Origin: an uncultured Nitrospiraceae bacterium
Lineage (GTDB): Bacteria; Nitrospirota; Nitrospiria; Nitrospirales; Nitrospiraceae
Direction: 5' to 3'
Length of the DNA stretch: 64,000 nt
NCBI GenBank assembly: GCA_963846575.1
Contig: CAWJWJ010000002.1
Span: 1,312,001-1,376,000 of the forward strand
The notes beneath the pieces were generated by a model. It saw only the letters and a program-made list of their open reading frames with translations. It was not told where the DNA came from and did no database searches. This document shows, piece after piece, positions 1-8,968 of the stretch (positions within the stretch are counted from its first letter, which is position 1; each line of letters begins with the position of its first letter). The translations under genes and the position numbers were made by a program.

Positions 1-216
1 GAGTTGCCGGCCCTGGTCGTCATGCTGGGTCTTGTCGCCGGGTCCTATGTGTATGCGGAGCTGTCGCAAAACATGAAGAAAACGGTCGAAACCTGGGGGG
101 ATCTGGGGCGATTGACGCTACCCTCTGCAGTCGGCATGAAAACGGGGGCCTTCGTGGTCCTGTTCGCGGTGTTGCTGAGTGGTGTCCTTCTCCTCCTTCA
201 TACGGTCCAGCCGTAA
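1..216 (+). CDS. YeeE/YedE-family membrane protein, C-terminal part (truncated by window edge)
   Basis: Hydrophobic C-terminus with DLGRLTLP, similar to DFGKVTLP in the 811..1389 ORF. Confidence 0.6.
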   Translation, partial: ELPALVVMLGLVAGSYVYAELSQNMKKTVETWGDLGRLTLPSAVGMKTGAFVVLFAVLLSGVLLLLHTVQP

Positions 217-272
217 CCGGTGGACGGATTTCCAACGCATACGTTCTGAAGTTATCGCCCGAGGAGTGCGCG

Positions 273-818
273 ATGAGAAACATCATGTCGATGAAAAGCT
301 GGTCGCCTTATGTGGTCGGCGTTGGCATCGGTGTCTTAAGCTGGTTCACCTTCGCCTCGGCCGACCACCCGATCGGTATCACGACCGCATTCGAGTACAC
401 TAGCGCCCTGGCGGAGAAGGCCGCCGCGCCGGAGATGGCGCAACCCTATCTCGCAGACCAGGCGGAGAAGAACCGGCGGCCCAAAATTGACTGGGAATGG
501 ATGCTGGTGGTGGGAGTGTTTCTCGGGGCGTACGTGAGCGCCAGAATGTCGGGGGACCGCGTTCAGGGCGAGAATGTCCCGCCGCTGTGGCGATGGCGTT
601 TCGGTGATTCACCGGCCCGGCGTTATCTCGGGGCCTTCGCCGGCGGTTGTCTCATGATGTTCGGCGCCCGCATCGCCCAGGGCTGCACCAGTGGCCATGT
701 CATCAGTGGAACCTTGCAGCTTGCCCTGGCAAGTTGGATTTTCGCCCCGACCATTTTCATCGTCGGGATTGCGACGGCCTTCCTGATTTACGGGAAGGAG
801 GGACGCGCCCATGTTTGA
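273..818 (+). CDS. YeeE/YedE sulfur-compound transporter subunit
   Basis: WSPY start, GARIAQGCTSGH motif, several TM segments, GAGGAG RBS. Confidence 0.85.
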   Translation: MRNIMSMKSWSPYVVGVGIGVLSWFTFASADHPIGITTAFEYTSALAEKAAAPEMAQPYLADQAEKNRRPKIDWEWMLVVGVFLGAYVSARMSGDRVQGENVPPLWRWRFGDSPARRYLGAFAGGCLMMFGARIAQGCTSGHVISGTLQLALASWIFAPTIFIVGIATAFLIYGKEGRAHV

Positions 819-1389
819 TGAGCCCTACAAACTTTTACTTGGCCTGGTCACCGGCATTCTGTTCGGCATTCTGCTCCAAAAGGGGCAGGTCGCGAAATTT
901 CACAAGATCCTCGGCCAGTTTTTGCTCAAGGACTGGACGGCCCTCAAGATCATGGTCACCGCGATTGCCGTGGGCACCCTTGGTGTGAACCTGTTGGTCG
1001 CCGGAGGGGAGGCCTCGTTGCATATCCAGACGGCCGCGCTGGCAAGGGTGCTCATCGGCGGCCTGTTCTTTGGTGTCGGTCTGGTCATCTTCGGCCTGTG
1101 TCCGGGCACCAGTGTCGCCGCCTGCGGCGAAGGGAAGCGGGACGCCCTGGTGGGTGTGATCGGAATGCTGTTCGGGGCAGGCCTGTATGTCGCCGCATTT
1201 TCGGCGTTGGAGCCCGTGATGGAATCCATGACCGACTTCGGCAAAGTCACGCTGCCTGAGGTGACGGGTGGGACGCCGCTGCTGTGGGCGTTCGGGCTTG
1301 CGGGAATACTGGCAGTCGTGCTGGTCGTTCTCGAACGCCACCATCCACACACATTGGATATAGAGAAGCAGAACCGCACGGTCAGGTGA
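811..1389 (+). CDS. YeeE/YedE (DUF6691-like) sulfur-compound transporter subunit
   Basis: GILFGILLQKG and GLCPGT motifs; overlaps the upstream gene. Confidence 0.85.
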   Translation: MFDEPYKLLLGLVTGILFGILLQKGQVAKFHKILGQFLLKDWTALKIMVTAIAVGTLGVNLLVAGGEASLHIQTAALARVLIGGLFFGVGLVIFGLCPGTSVAACGEGKRDALVGVIGMLFGAGLYVAAFSALEPVMESMTDFGKVTLPEVTGGTPLLWAFGLAGILAVVLVVLERHHPHTLDIEKQNRTVR

Positions 1390-1829
1390 TACTCCGGCAT
1401 TCGACCGGGTGCGGCAGGTTCTCTGAGTACTGGATTCAGGGCTAGGGCAGGCAACTGCTGAAAGGCCGAATGGCCGCTCCGAACCTGGAGATCGTCGTTC
1501 CAATTACAGTCACGTAGACTCATCCTCCGCTCTGGACAACGCGTATGTTCTCCCGCCCGCACCGTCTTGATCCAGCGGCCCCTCATGCCCTGATTCCAGC
1601 GATCGCCTCATTACAGCACCAGGCACGTCGGTGGCCGCGGTTGAGGGAGTTGGCATGAACGGCATGCCGGGGACCGGGACGGTGGAATCCGAAGGGTCGG
1701 GCGGCTCCGGAACCGGGGGCTTGAGCTGGCGTCCCGGGGGGCGTACGGTATGTCGGGACGGGCCTCACGCCACGTCATCCGGAAGTCTCCCCGGTCGCGC
1801 TGCCAGCCGGTCACAAAGGAGGAATCATC

Positions 1830-2009
1830 ATGCCATGGGAAGCCCCTTCGTTTGTTGAAGTGAAGATGGATGCCGAAATCGGCTCCTATCAGGACGACTT
1901 CGAGAACGTCCCGGATGTGACCGGACACATGGAACATGCCGCGGCGCAGGTCAACGAGCAGAGCGTTTCACCCTGGGCCGCCATCCCTCCGGCACCTCGA
2001 GCAACGTAA
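1830..2009 (+). CDS. pqqA: PQQ precursor peptide PqqA (59 aa, C-terminally extended)
   Basis: Hand translation MPWEAPSFVEVKMDAEIGSYQDDF...; W-x-x-P-x-F start and E-x-x-x-Y core; AAGGAGG RBS; directly upstream of pqqB. Confidence 0.85.
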   Translation: MPWEAPSFVEVKMDAEIGSYQDDFENVPDVTGHMEHAAAQVNEQSVSPWAAIPPAPRAT

Positions 2010-2039
2010 CCATGCAGGAGCGGAAGGGGGTTACTCGGC

Positions 2040-2963
2040 GTGAGAATTCGCGTCCTAGGGTCCGCGGCTGGTGGAGCGTTTCCGCAATGGAACTGTGCCT
2101 GTCCTAATTGCCGGGGCCTGCGGGAGGGGGTGATCAAGGCCGCTCCCAGATCCCAGGAGTCCGTCTGCCTGAGCGCCGGCCATGGCGACTGGTGGCTCAT
2201 CAACGCCTCCCCGGACATTCGTCAGCAGATCGAAGGCTTCTCACCTCTCCACCCCAGAAGGTCACGCGACACGCCGATCCAGGCGATTTTCCTGAGCAAC
2301 GGGGATCTGGATCATTGCCTCGGGTTGCTGTCGCTTCGTGAGAATCAGCCGCTCGTCGTCTATACGACCGGTGCGGTGCGGGATGCCCTGATGGAGCGCA
2401 ATGTCATATTCCGGACGCTTCAACGGTTTGCTGGTCAGGTCACCTGGCGCAGCCTGACGCTCGGTGCCGAAGAATCCGTCGCGGACGTCGGCGGGGGCCG
2501 GTCTGGATTGACGGTGACAGCCGTGGCCGTCCCGGGAAAGCCGCCGGTGCATCTGGAAGGGCTCGTGCGGGCGGATGACCCGGAACTCAATGTGGGCTTC
2601 AGGTTCCGCCAACCGGACAACGGCCGGGTCATGGCTTATCTGCCGGCTGTCGGCAGGATCACCCAGCCGGTCTATGAGGTGATGGAAGGGGCGGATTGCG
2701 TATTTTTCGACGGGACCTTTTGGTCGAGCCATGAACTCGCCTCCCAGGGCCTGCCGGGAAAATCCGCGCAGGAGATGGCGCATTGGCCTGTCGGCGGGGA
2801 ACAGGGAAGTCTTGCGCTCCTGTCGCACATCCGGGTCCCCCGGCTGGTGTTCATCCACATCAACAATACCAATCCGGTGCTGAGGGAGGACTCTCCCGAG
2901 CGGAAGGATGTGGAGGCGGCGGGATGGGAGGTGGCCTGGGACGGAATGGAGATCAGGTTATGA
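2040..2963 (+). CDS. pqqB: PQQ biosynthesis protein PqqB
   Basis: VLGSAAGGAFPQWNCACPNC, NASPDIRQQI, FFDGTFW, HINNTNP. Confidence 0.95.
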   Translation: MRIRVLGSAAGGAFPQWNCACPNCRGLREGVIKAAPRSQESVCLSAGHGDWWLINASPDIRQQIEGFSPLHPRRSRDTPIQAIFLSNGDLDHCLGLLSLRENQPLVVYTTGAVRDALMERNVIFRTLQRFAGQVTWRSLTLGAEESVADVGGGRSGLTVTAVAVPGKPPVHLEGLVRADDPELNVGFRFRQPDNGRVMAYLPAVGRITQPVYEVMEGADCVFFDGTFWSSHELASQGLPGKSAQEMAHWPVGGEQGSLALLSHIRVPRLVFIHINNTNPVLREDSPERKDVEAAGWEVAWDGMEIRL

Positions 2964-3724
2964 TCAACAAGATCGGGCGGACCCCGCTTTCCCGTGAGGC
3001 CTTCGTGGAGCGGCTCAGACGCGAAGGGGGCGTCAGGTATCATGACCATCACCCCTTCCATCTCCGCATGCACGGCGGCCACCTGACGCGCCACCAGCTT
3101 CAACAATGGGTCCTGAACCGGTATTACTACCAGACGAGAATTCCCATCAAGGATGCGCTCATCCTGTCGAAGTCCGATGACCCTGCGTTCCGCCGTCAAT
3201 GGCTGCGTCGTATCCAGGATCAGGACGGCCCTGAGGCAGGGCAGGGCGGCCTGGCGTCATGGCTGGCATTGGCCCGTGGGGTGGGTCTCGACGTGGAGGA
3301 TGTCAGGAGCTGCCGGCTCGTCCTCCCGGGTGTCCGGCTCGCTTGCGATGGCTACGTGCTGTTCGTCCGCGAGCATTCGTTGCTCCAGGCCGTGGCCTCC
3401 TCCCTCACGGAACTGTTTGCGCCCGCCTTGATGGCGCAACGGGTGGAGGCATGGAGGCGCCATTACCCCTGGGTGAACCGGGAGGCCCTGGAATATTTTC
3501 AGATGCGTATTGCCCGCGCGAGCCTCGACTCAACACAGGCTATCGACTATGTGGTCGAGCATGCCGTCTCATTCGATCTGCAGGAGCAATGTGTGGCGGC
3601 CTTGATCAAGAAGGCGGACATTTTGTGGCACATGCTCGATGGTATCGACAACGCATCGGTCAAACCGGGGCAGGCAGGGAAGGAGGAGACGCATGATCCG
3701 CTCGACGGCCAGGCCACGGCTTAG
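2960..3724 (+). CDS. pqqC: PQQ synthase PqqC
   Basis: YHDHHPFH, WVLNRYYYQTRIPIKDA, SLTELFAP, HYPWV; ATGA overlap with pqqB. Confidence 0.93.
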   Translation: MINKIGRTPLSREAFVERLRREGGVRYHDHHPFHLRMHGGHLTRHQLQQWVLNRYYYQTRIPIKDALILSKSDDPAFRRQWLRRIQDQDGPEAGQGGLASWLALARGVGLDVEDVRSCRLVLPGVRLACDGYVLFVREHSLLQAVASSLTELFAPALMAQRVEAWRRHYPWVNREALEYFQMRIARASLDSTQAIDYVVEHAVSFDLQEQCVAALIKKADILWHMLDGIDNASVKPGQAGKEETHDPLDGQATA

Positions 3725-3974
3725 CGCTAAAGTTCGCCTTCGCTTCGATCGAAGAACCGGCCGCACCCTGCTGCTGTATCCTGAAACAGGGCTCGAACTG
3801 AACAGGACCGCGACCGAGATTGCAGAGCTCTGTAGGGGAGACCGCACGGTGGACGACATCATCGGCCTTGTCGCCCTGAGGTATGGCGACTGCTCTCCTC
3901 TCGACCTCAAGCGTGACGTGGAGACCTTTCTCGATACTCTCGCCGGCCGAGGCCTCCTGCGAGGGTTACCGTGA
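3693..3974 (+). CDS. pqqD: PqqA-binding chaperone PqqD
   Basis: LLLYPE..LELN.TA.EI..LC motif; position between pqqC and pqqE. Confidence 0.9.
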   Translation: MIRSTARPRLSAKVRLRFDRRTGRTLLLYPETGLELNRTATEIAELCRGDRTVDDIIGLVALRYGDCSPLDLKRDVETFLDTLAGRGLLRGLP

Positions 3975-5074
3975 GCCGCGAATGGCGTCCCTACACATTG
4001 ATCGCCGAACTCACCTACCGCTGCGCGCTACGCTGCCCCTACTGTTCGAACCCGCTCGACTATGGCGCCCGGCACCGCGAACTCGATACCGGCACCTGGC
4101 TGCGCCTGTTTCGCGAAGCGGACGCCCTGGGGGTCGTCCAGCTGAACCTGACAGGCGGCGAGCCGCTGATCAGAGACGATCTCGAACGCCTCGTCGAGGG
4201 CGCGCGCCGGCTCGATCTCTACACGAACCTCATCACGAGCGGCATGCCCCTCACCCTCGAGCGCCTCGCCCGCCTTCGGGACCTTGGCCTCGACAGCGTG
4301 CAGGTGTCGATTCAAAGTACCCGGCCATCGGAGTCTGACCGCATCGCCGGGGCGCCGTCGTTCCATCGAAAGCTCGACGCCATGCGGTGGGTCACCTCGC
4401 TCGGCCTGCCGCTGACCATGAACGTCGTGCTCCATCGCGACAACATTGCGGAGGTGGCCGACCTCATCGCCCTGGCCGAGCGGCTCTCTGCCGAACGGCT
4501 CGAACTGGCGAACGCGCAATATCTCGGATGGGCCCTGCGGAACCGTTCAGCCCTGCTGCCGACGCACGACCAAATTGACCGGGCGCGAACCGTTGCCGAT
4601 GAGGCCCGGAGACGGCTGAAGGGCCGGATGGACGTGCTCTTCGTCACCCCCGACTATTATTCGGCCTATCCGAAATCCTGCATGGACGGGTGGGGGCGCC
4701 GCTTCATCGTGGTGAATCCGGAGGGCCTCGCCCTGCCCTGCCATCTGGCGCAGACTCTCCCCGGGTTGCAGTTCGACAACGTCGCGGACCGCAGCCTCGA
4801 GGACATCTGGCGCCATTCCTCCTGCTTCAATCGGTTTCGCGGAGAGGACTGGCTGCCCGATCCCTGCAAGACATGCCACCGCCGCACGATAGATTTCGGC
4901 GGCTGCCGTTGTCAGGCCTTTCATTTGACGGGACAGGCCGGTGTGACGGATCCCGCCTGTTCCCTCTCATCCGACCATGGTCTGATCGAAGCAGCACGGA
5001 GCCAGACGAGGCAGATGGCGGGCGTACCGGTGCTGTTCGAACACCGGAGCGGTCGAGGATTTGTGCAAGGATGA
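3971..5074 (+). CDS. pqqE: Radical SAM/SPASM PqqA cyclase PqqE
   Basis: ELTYRCALRCPYCSNP, CMDGWG, DFGGCRCQAF. Confidence 0.95.
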   Translation: MSREWRPYTLIAELTYRCALRCPYCSNPLDYGARHRELDTGTWLRLFREADALGVVQLNLTGGEPLIRDDLERLVEGARRLDLYTNLITSGMPLTLERLARLRDLGLDSVQVSIQSTRPSESDRIAGAPSFHRKLDAMRWVTSLGLPLTMNVVLHRDNIAEVADLIALAERLSAERLELANAQYLGWALRNRSALLPTHDQIDRARTVADEARRRLKGRMDVLFVTPDYYSAYPKSCMDGWGRRFIVVNPEGLALPCHLAQTLPGLQFDNVADRSLEDIWRHSSCFNRFRGEDWLPDPCKTCHRRTIDFGGCRCQAFHLTGQAGVTDPACSLSSDHGLIEAARSQTRQMAGVPVLFEHRSGRGFVQG

Positions 5075-5592
5075 TCCGGCGTATGGACATCGGTCTGGTC
5101 GTGTTGTCCCTGCTGGCCGTCTCGGTCGCGCTGTTCGCTTTCGTGAAGGACCGCTCGCTGCCGATGGAGGGACTGTATGCCAGCGGCCGGCTCATCGGGA
5201 GCGTCTGGATCGAACTGCTGCTGGGATTCTTCATTGCGGGGCTGGTTGAGGTGCTCGTCTCGCCGGCCCGGATCACGGCCTGGCTGGGACCTGCGTCTTC
5301 GATGCGTGGCATCGCGATCGGATGGATGGCCGGCCTGGTGATTCCGGGCGGACCGTACCTGCTGTTTCCCCTGGCAGCCGGGTTGTTCAAGAGCGGCGTG
5401 GCCCCCGGCGCCTTGATCGCGCTGATTACGGCGAAGACGTTGCTGAGCCCCATCAGGATGCTGACCTACGAAGCGCCGCTGATGGGGTGGCCCTTGACGC
5501 TCGCCCGGTGTGTGCCGGCCCTTGTGCTGCCTCCGTTACTGGGACTGCTCGGCCAGTGGTGCTTTAACCTGATCACGAAAAAATTCGGCTGA
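5071..5592 (+). CDS. Predicted permease (DUF318/ArsP-like)
   Basis: Multi-TM protein with PGGPY motif; ATGA overlap with pqqE. Confidence 0.7.
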   Translation: MIRRMDIGLVVLSLLAVSVALFAFVKDRSLPMEGLYASGRLIGSVWIELLLGFFIAGLVEVLVSPARITAWLGPASSMRGIAIGWMAGLVIPGGPYLLFPLAAGLFKSGVAPGALIALITAKTLLSPIRMLTYEAPLMGWPLTLARCVPALVLPPLLGLLGQWCFNLITKKFG

Positions 5593-5620
5593 AGGCTATC
5601 TACCAGGGAAAGGGCAAACC

Positions 5621-6733
5621 ATGAATCGCATGCTGGTGTCGGCGGTCTCCACGATGGTTCTGATGTGCGCCGCCCGCGGGGTCCACGCGGAGGCGCTTCC
5701 GCTGGAGAAGATCACGCTCCCTCCGGGTTTTGCGATCTCGGTGTACGCGGACAATGTGCCCAATGCGCGGGGAATGACGCTCGGCCGTAACGGGACGTTG
5801 TTTGTCGGCAGCCGGGCCAAGGGGCACGTCTACGCCGTGCTGGACAAGGACGGCGACCAGCGGGCCGATGAAGTCCTCACCGTCGCCACCGGCCTGCGCA
5901 TACCGGTCGGCGTGGCCTACCGGGACGGCTCGCTCTACGTCTCCGCCCTCGATCGCATCCTGCGCCTCGACCAGATCGATCAGCGGCTGAGGAATCCGCC
6001 CACGCCGGTGGTGGTCACGGACCGTTTTCCCCAGGACACGTCGCACGGGTGGAAATTTATCGCCTTCGGTCCAGACGGCAAGCTCTATGTGCCGGTCGGA
6101 GCGCCGTGTAATATCTGCGAGCCTGACCCTGATCGGTACGCCATGATCGCCAGAATGAATCCGGATGGGAGCGGGTACGAGGTCGTCGCCCGCGGGGTCC
6201 GGAACTCCGTCGGTTTCGATTGGGATCCGGGGAACCGGGAATTGTGGTTCACGGACAACGGCCGGGATTACCTCGGCGACGATCGGCCGCCGGACGAGCT
6301 CAACCACGCAGCCGAGCCGGGGCTGCATTTCGGCTATCCCTATTGTCACGGGGGCACGATCCCGGATCCGGAATATGGCGGCAAACACCTCTGCAGTGAA
6401 TTCACCCCTCCGGCGGTCACCCTCGGTCCCCATGTCGCGGCGCTAGGGATGCGCTTCTACACCGGCGACATGTTTCCCGAGGAATACCGGAACCAAATCC
6501 TGATCGCCGAGCATGGCTCGTGGAACCGCAGCGACAAGATCGGCTACCGGATCACGTTGGTGTCCAGGGACAAGCAGGATCGCCTGGGTTACTCGGTCTT
6601 TGCCGAAGGATGGCTGCAGGGGACCTCAGCATGGGGGCGTCCCGTTGATCTCCTGGTCATGCCGGACGGCGCCCTGTTGGTCTCGGACGATTCGGCGGGC
6701 GTGATCTACCGAATCAGCTATCAGAAACCGTAA
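5621..6733 (+). CDS. Secreted PQQ-dependent sugar/sorbosone dehydrogenase (beta-propeller)
   Basis: Signal peptide; IAFGPDGKLY, GAPCNIC, GVRNSVG, TDNGRD, HGSWNR, GRPVD. Confidence 0.9.
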   Translation: MNRMLVSAVSTMVLMCAARGVHAEALPLEKITLPPGFAISVYADNVPNARGMTLGRNGTLFVGSRAKGHVYAVLDKDGDQRADEVLTVATGLRIPVGVAYRDGSLYVSALDRILRLDQIDQRLRNPPTPVVVTDRFPQDTSHGWKFIAFGPDGKLYVPVGAPCNICEPDPDRYAMIARMNPDGSGYEVVARGVRNSVGFDWDPGNRELWFTDNGRDYLGDDRPPDELNHAAEPGLHFGYPYCHGGTIPDPEYGGKHLCSEFTPPAVTLGPHVAALGMRFYTGDMFPEEYRNQILIAEHGSWNRSDKIGYRITLVSRDKQDRLGYSVFAEGWLQGTSAWGRPVDLLVMPDGALLVSDDSAGVIYRISYQKP

Positions 6734-6773
6734 CAGGCCACGTTCCCGTGGAAGCAGAGATGAGGGTCGCTTT

Positions 6774-6818
6774 GTTCCACGATCTCCGGCACTGTGCGCC
6801 GACTCCCGTTAGAAAGGC
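6774..6818 (+). pseudogene. Short tyrosine integrase fragment (FHDLRHCA)
   Basis: DNA and protein similarity to FHDLRHCASTNLRRA in the intact integrase at ~39225-39270. Confidence 0.65.
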
Positions 6819-6883
6819 GTGGCGAACGGGAACACGTGTAAGAAAGCGTCAACACGGCAGGCTTTGGGTACCACAACTGAGGA

Positions 6884-7385
6884 GTGAGTGGGAGGCCATC
6901 GTGCGGCCAACGTCCACTCAGGCCGGTTCTGCCGACCGCCTATCAACTCGGGCAACGCTTCAGCGAAATTCCCGGTCTCACGTGGAACTGGGTCGACTCA
7001 ACGAAGGGACTTTCTACCCTCTGCTCACGGGGCGTTCGGTTCCTGGGGCTCCCGACGTTAAGATGGCCTTGCGGCGTCGCTCTAAATCACACTCTTGCCA
7101 CAAGCCACGACTTCAGGTACAAGGGTCGACCGTAGCGGGTTAGCCGGTCATCAAGACCGCTCTCCTGGATTGAGGCATCCCAGAATTCGGTTTGCACGGC
7201 CCGCGCCACGGAGCCTCGATCAATCTGAGGAGGGCAGGGGCGGACAGGGCAATGGCTATGAAGATCGTCGCTCATAGTCCGGTAAAATGTGGAAACGCTA
7301 CGATGCGGTCAAGGAGCGAGACTTGACTCCCGCTGCACAAAAGGTTCACAGATACCTCCAAGCTAACCCAGGTGAACACCGGGTG
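6884..7385 (+). pseudogene. Degenerate tyrosine integrase catalytic domain, paralog of 38333..39442
   Basis: Collinear blocks AYQLGQRFSEI..LTW, FRYKGRP, NLRRAGAD.AMAMKIV, KMWKRY...ERDLT.AA, broken by stops and frameshifts. Confidence 0.85.
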
Positions 7386-7429
7386 ATTCGGCCGCCGAAT
7401 ACCAGCCTGCCAAGTGGTTGAAAATAGCG

Positions 7430-7469
7430 TGCGCCCGTAGCTCAGTCGGATAGAGCATCAGCCTTCTAA
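7430..7469 (+). repeat. Left att site: 40-bp direct repeat = 5' half of tRNA-Arg(TCT) up to the anticodon loop
   Basis: TGCGCCCGTAGCTCAGTCGGATAGAGCATCAGCCTTCTAA identical to 39469..39508. Confidence 0.95.
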
Positions 7470-7602
7470 TCTTCTCCTGAACATACCTGTATCTCGTTGT
7501 TGCATCAGCGGAAAGCGGCCACAGCAGCAAGATTTCGCAGATTTACCACGTACCGCTAATGTGGGCTGAGTGAGGGCAATTTAGGTGAATTCGGGTGGAA
7601 AT

Positions 7603-7621
7603 CTAACACCCTATTAACATC
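7603..7621 (+). promoter_or_regulatory. Putative integrase arm-type sites (tandem TAACAY-C)
   Basis: CTAACACCCTATTAACATC vs CTAACACCCTAATAACACC at 39399..39417. Confidence 0.6.
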
Positions 7622-8549
7622 AAGGAAAGTACTTATCAAATCCTAATCTTCCCAAGCCCTCCTGATCTTTCATCACATTTCCGGGTGATTCCGCAAAACT
7701 CCGCTTTTGGCGCAAGTTTGCACGGGGTTGACCAGTTGGATTTATTCCGGTCAATTCAGGCGAGTTTGGTTCTGTTTTGCTGTAGGGCTGACACTCTAAT
7801 GGCCCCGAATGCAGCGATCACCGAGCCCAGCGACGTGCTCCAGGGATGCGGGAGTCTCGTCCAAGGGCGCATCGCATGGTCCAAGGCCACCATCGCCAGT
7901 AAACTGATCCAAAAGGAGAACAGTCCCCTACGGGAATTAATTGACCATTCGATTCTCTTTGGCCCTTCAGGGGCTACCAGGGCACGGTCGGCAGCTTCAG
8001 CAACTTCACCTGTACGATATAGCTGCGAGTCGTGCTAGAAATAGTTTCCTGTACCACGGCCGGTTTGTCGGCGAAGGATAAAGTATGAGTGGCCCCCTGC
8101 TGTGCGTCTTTACACCAGAATGGCGTCCCGGACGCAGTGTAGTACAGCACTAGCAACGGATCATAGTCGCTGCCGTCTTCTCGTAGATGCCTTCGTCCAC
8201 ACTTGGCGTGGCGGCATTATGATCCGGAACGACTTCCTGCATGATCGGGACGAGTTGGGGCGGGCAGTAGTTCAGGGGGCGTGGGAGGGACAACGGATTT
8301 TTCCATCATGTTATTTGGCTTCAGTTGGCATTCACAATTCGCCGCTGGCCACCGCGTGCTCGAACGCGGGCAGCAGGCCGAGCAGGTCTCAGAAAGATGG
8401 CGTCATGTCGACGCTTCCTCCTCTTCGCCGCGAATTCTTTTTGACCATGGCAGTTGGTCGCTGAGAAACAGCCCCCTAAGTCCCCGTTGATCTGACTCAT
8501 CTGACGGACTACGATATCGGCAGGCCACCCAGCCACCGGAGGACCCATC

Positions 8550-8942
8550 ATGCCCAAACCTAAGAGTCGGGCTGGAACTCGCCCGACGGTACAATCCATT
8601 GCCTCCTATGTGCAGAAAAATGCAAGCCGCGTCCTGCACATCCAGCAACATCAGCACCCCGTGACCGACAGCGTTCGAGAGGCCGACTATCAGGGCCATC
8701 ATATTGTTGTGCGCACTCACTATGAGATCGAAGTGGACGGGCGTGCGGTGACCGGCCATATGGGCGTGACGAATGATGGCCACGTGCATTATCATCCCGT
8801 GCCGAATATGTCGTTTGCCTCGGCCATTGATTTAGTGAAACAGCTCATTGACGTGTTCCCCGATGACTTCTCCAAAAAGGCACCACGGACTCGACGCCGA
8901 CGTCCGGCACGGAAGCCGACACGCACTCGTCCGCATCACTAG
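8550..8942 (+). CDS. Tyrosinase caddie/copper chaperone (MelC1-like)
   Basis: YQGHHIVV...VDG...HMGVTNDG..HYHPVP pattern; His-rich; directly upstream of tyrosinase. Confidence 0.7.
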   Translation: MPKPKSRAGTRPTVQSIASYVQKNASRVLHIQQHQHPVTDSVREADYQGHHIVVRTHYEIEVDGRAVTGHMGVTNDGHVHYHPVPNMSFASAIDLVKQLIDVFPDDFSKKAPRTRRRRPARKPTRTRPHH

Positions 8943-8968
8943 ACGCCACCGGAAGGATAGTACGCACT

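Noticed and set aside
7431..7469. Second tRNA-Arg gene
   Set aside because: Identity stops in the anticodon loop; no T-arm or acceptor 3' strand follows, so it is an att half-site
7685..8490. ORFs of 60-120 aa at the left end of the element
   Set aside because: No RBS or motif support; may be decayed sequence
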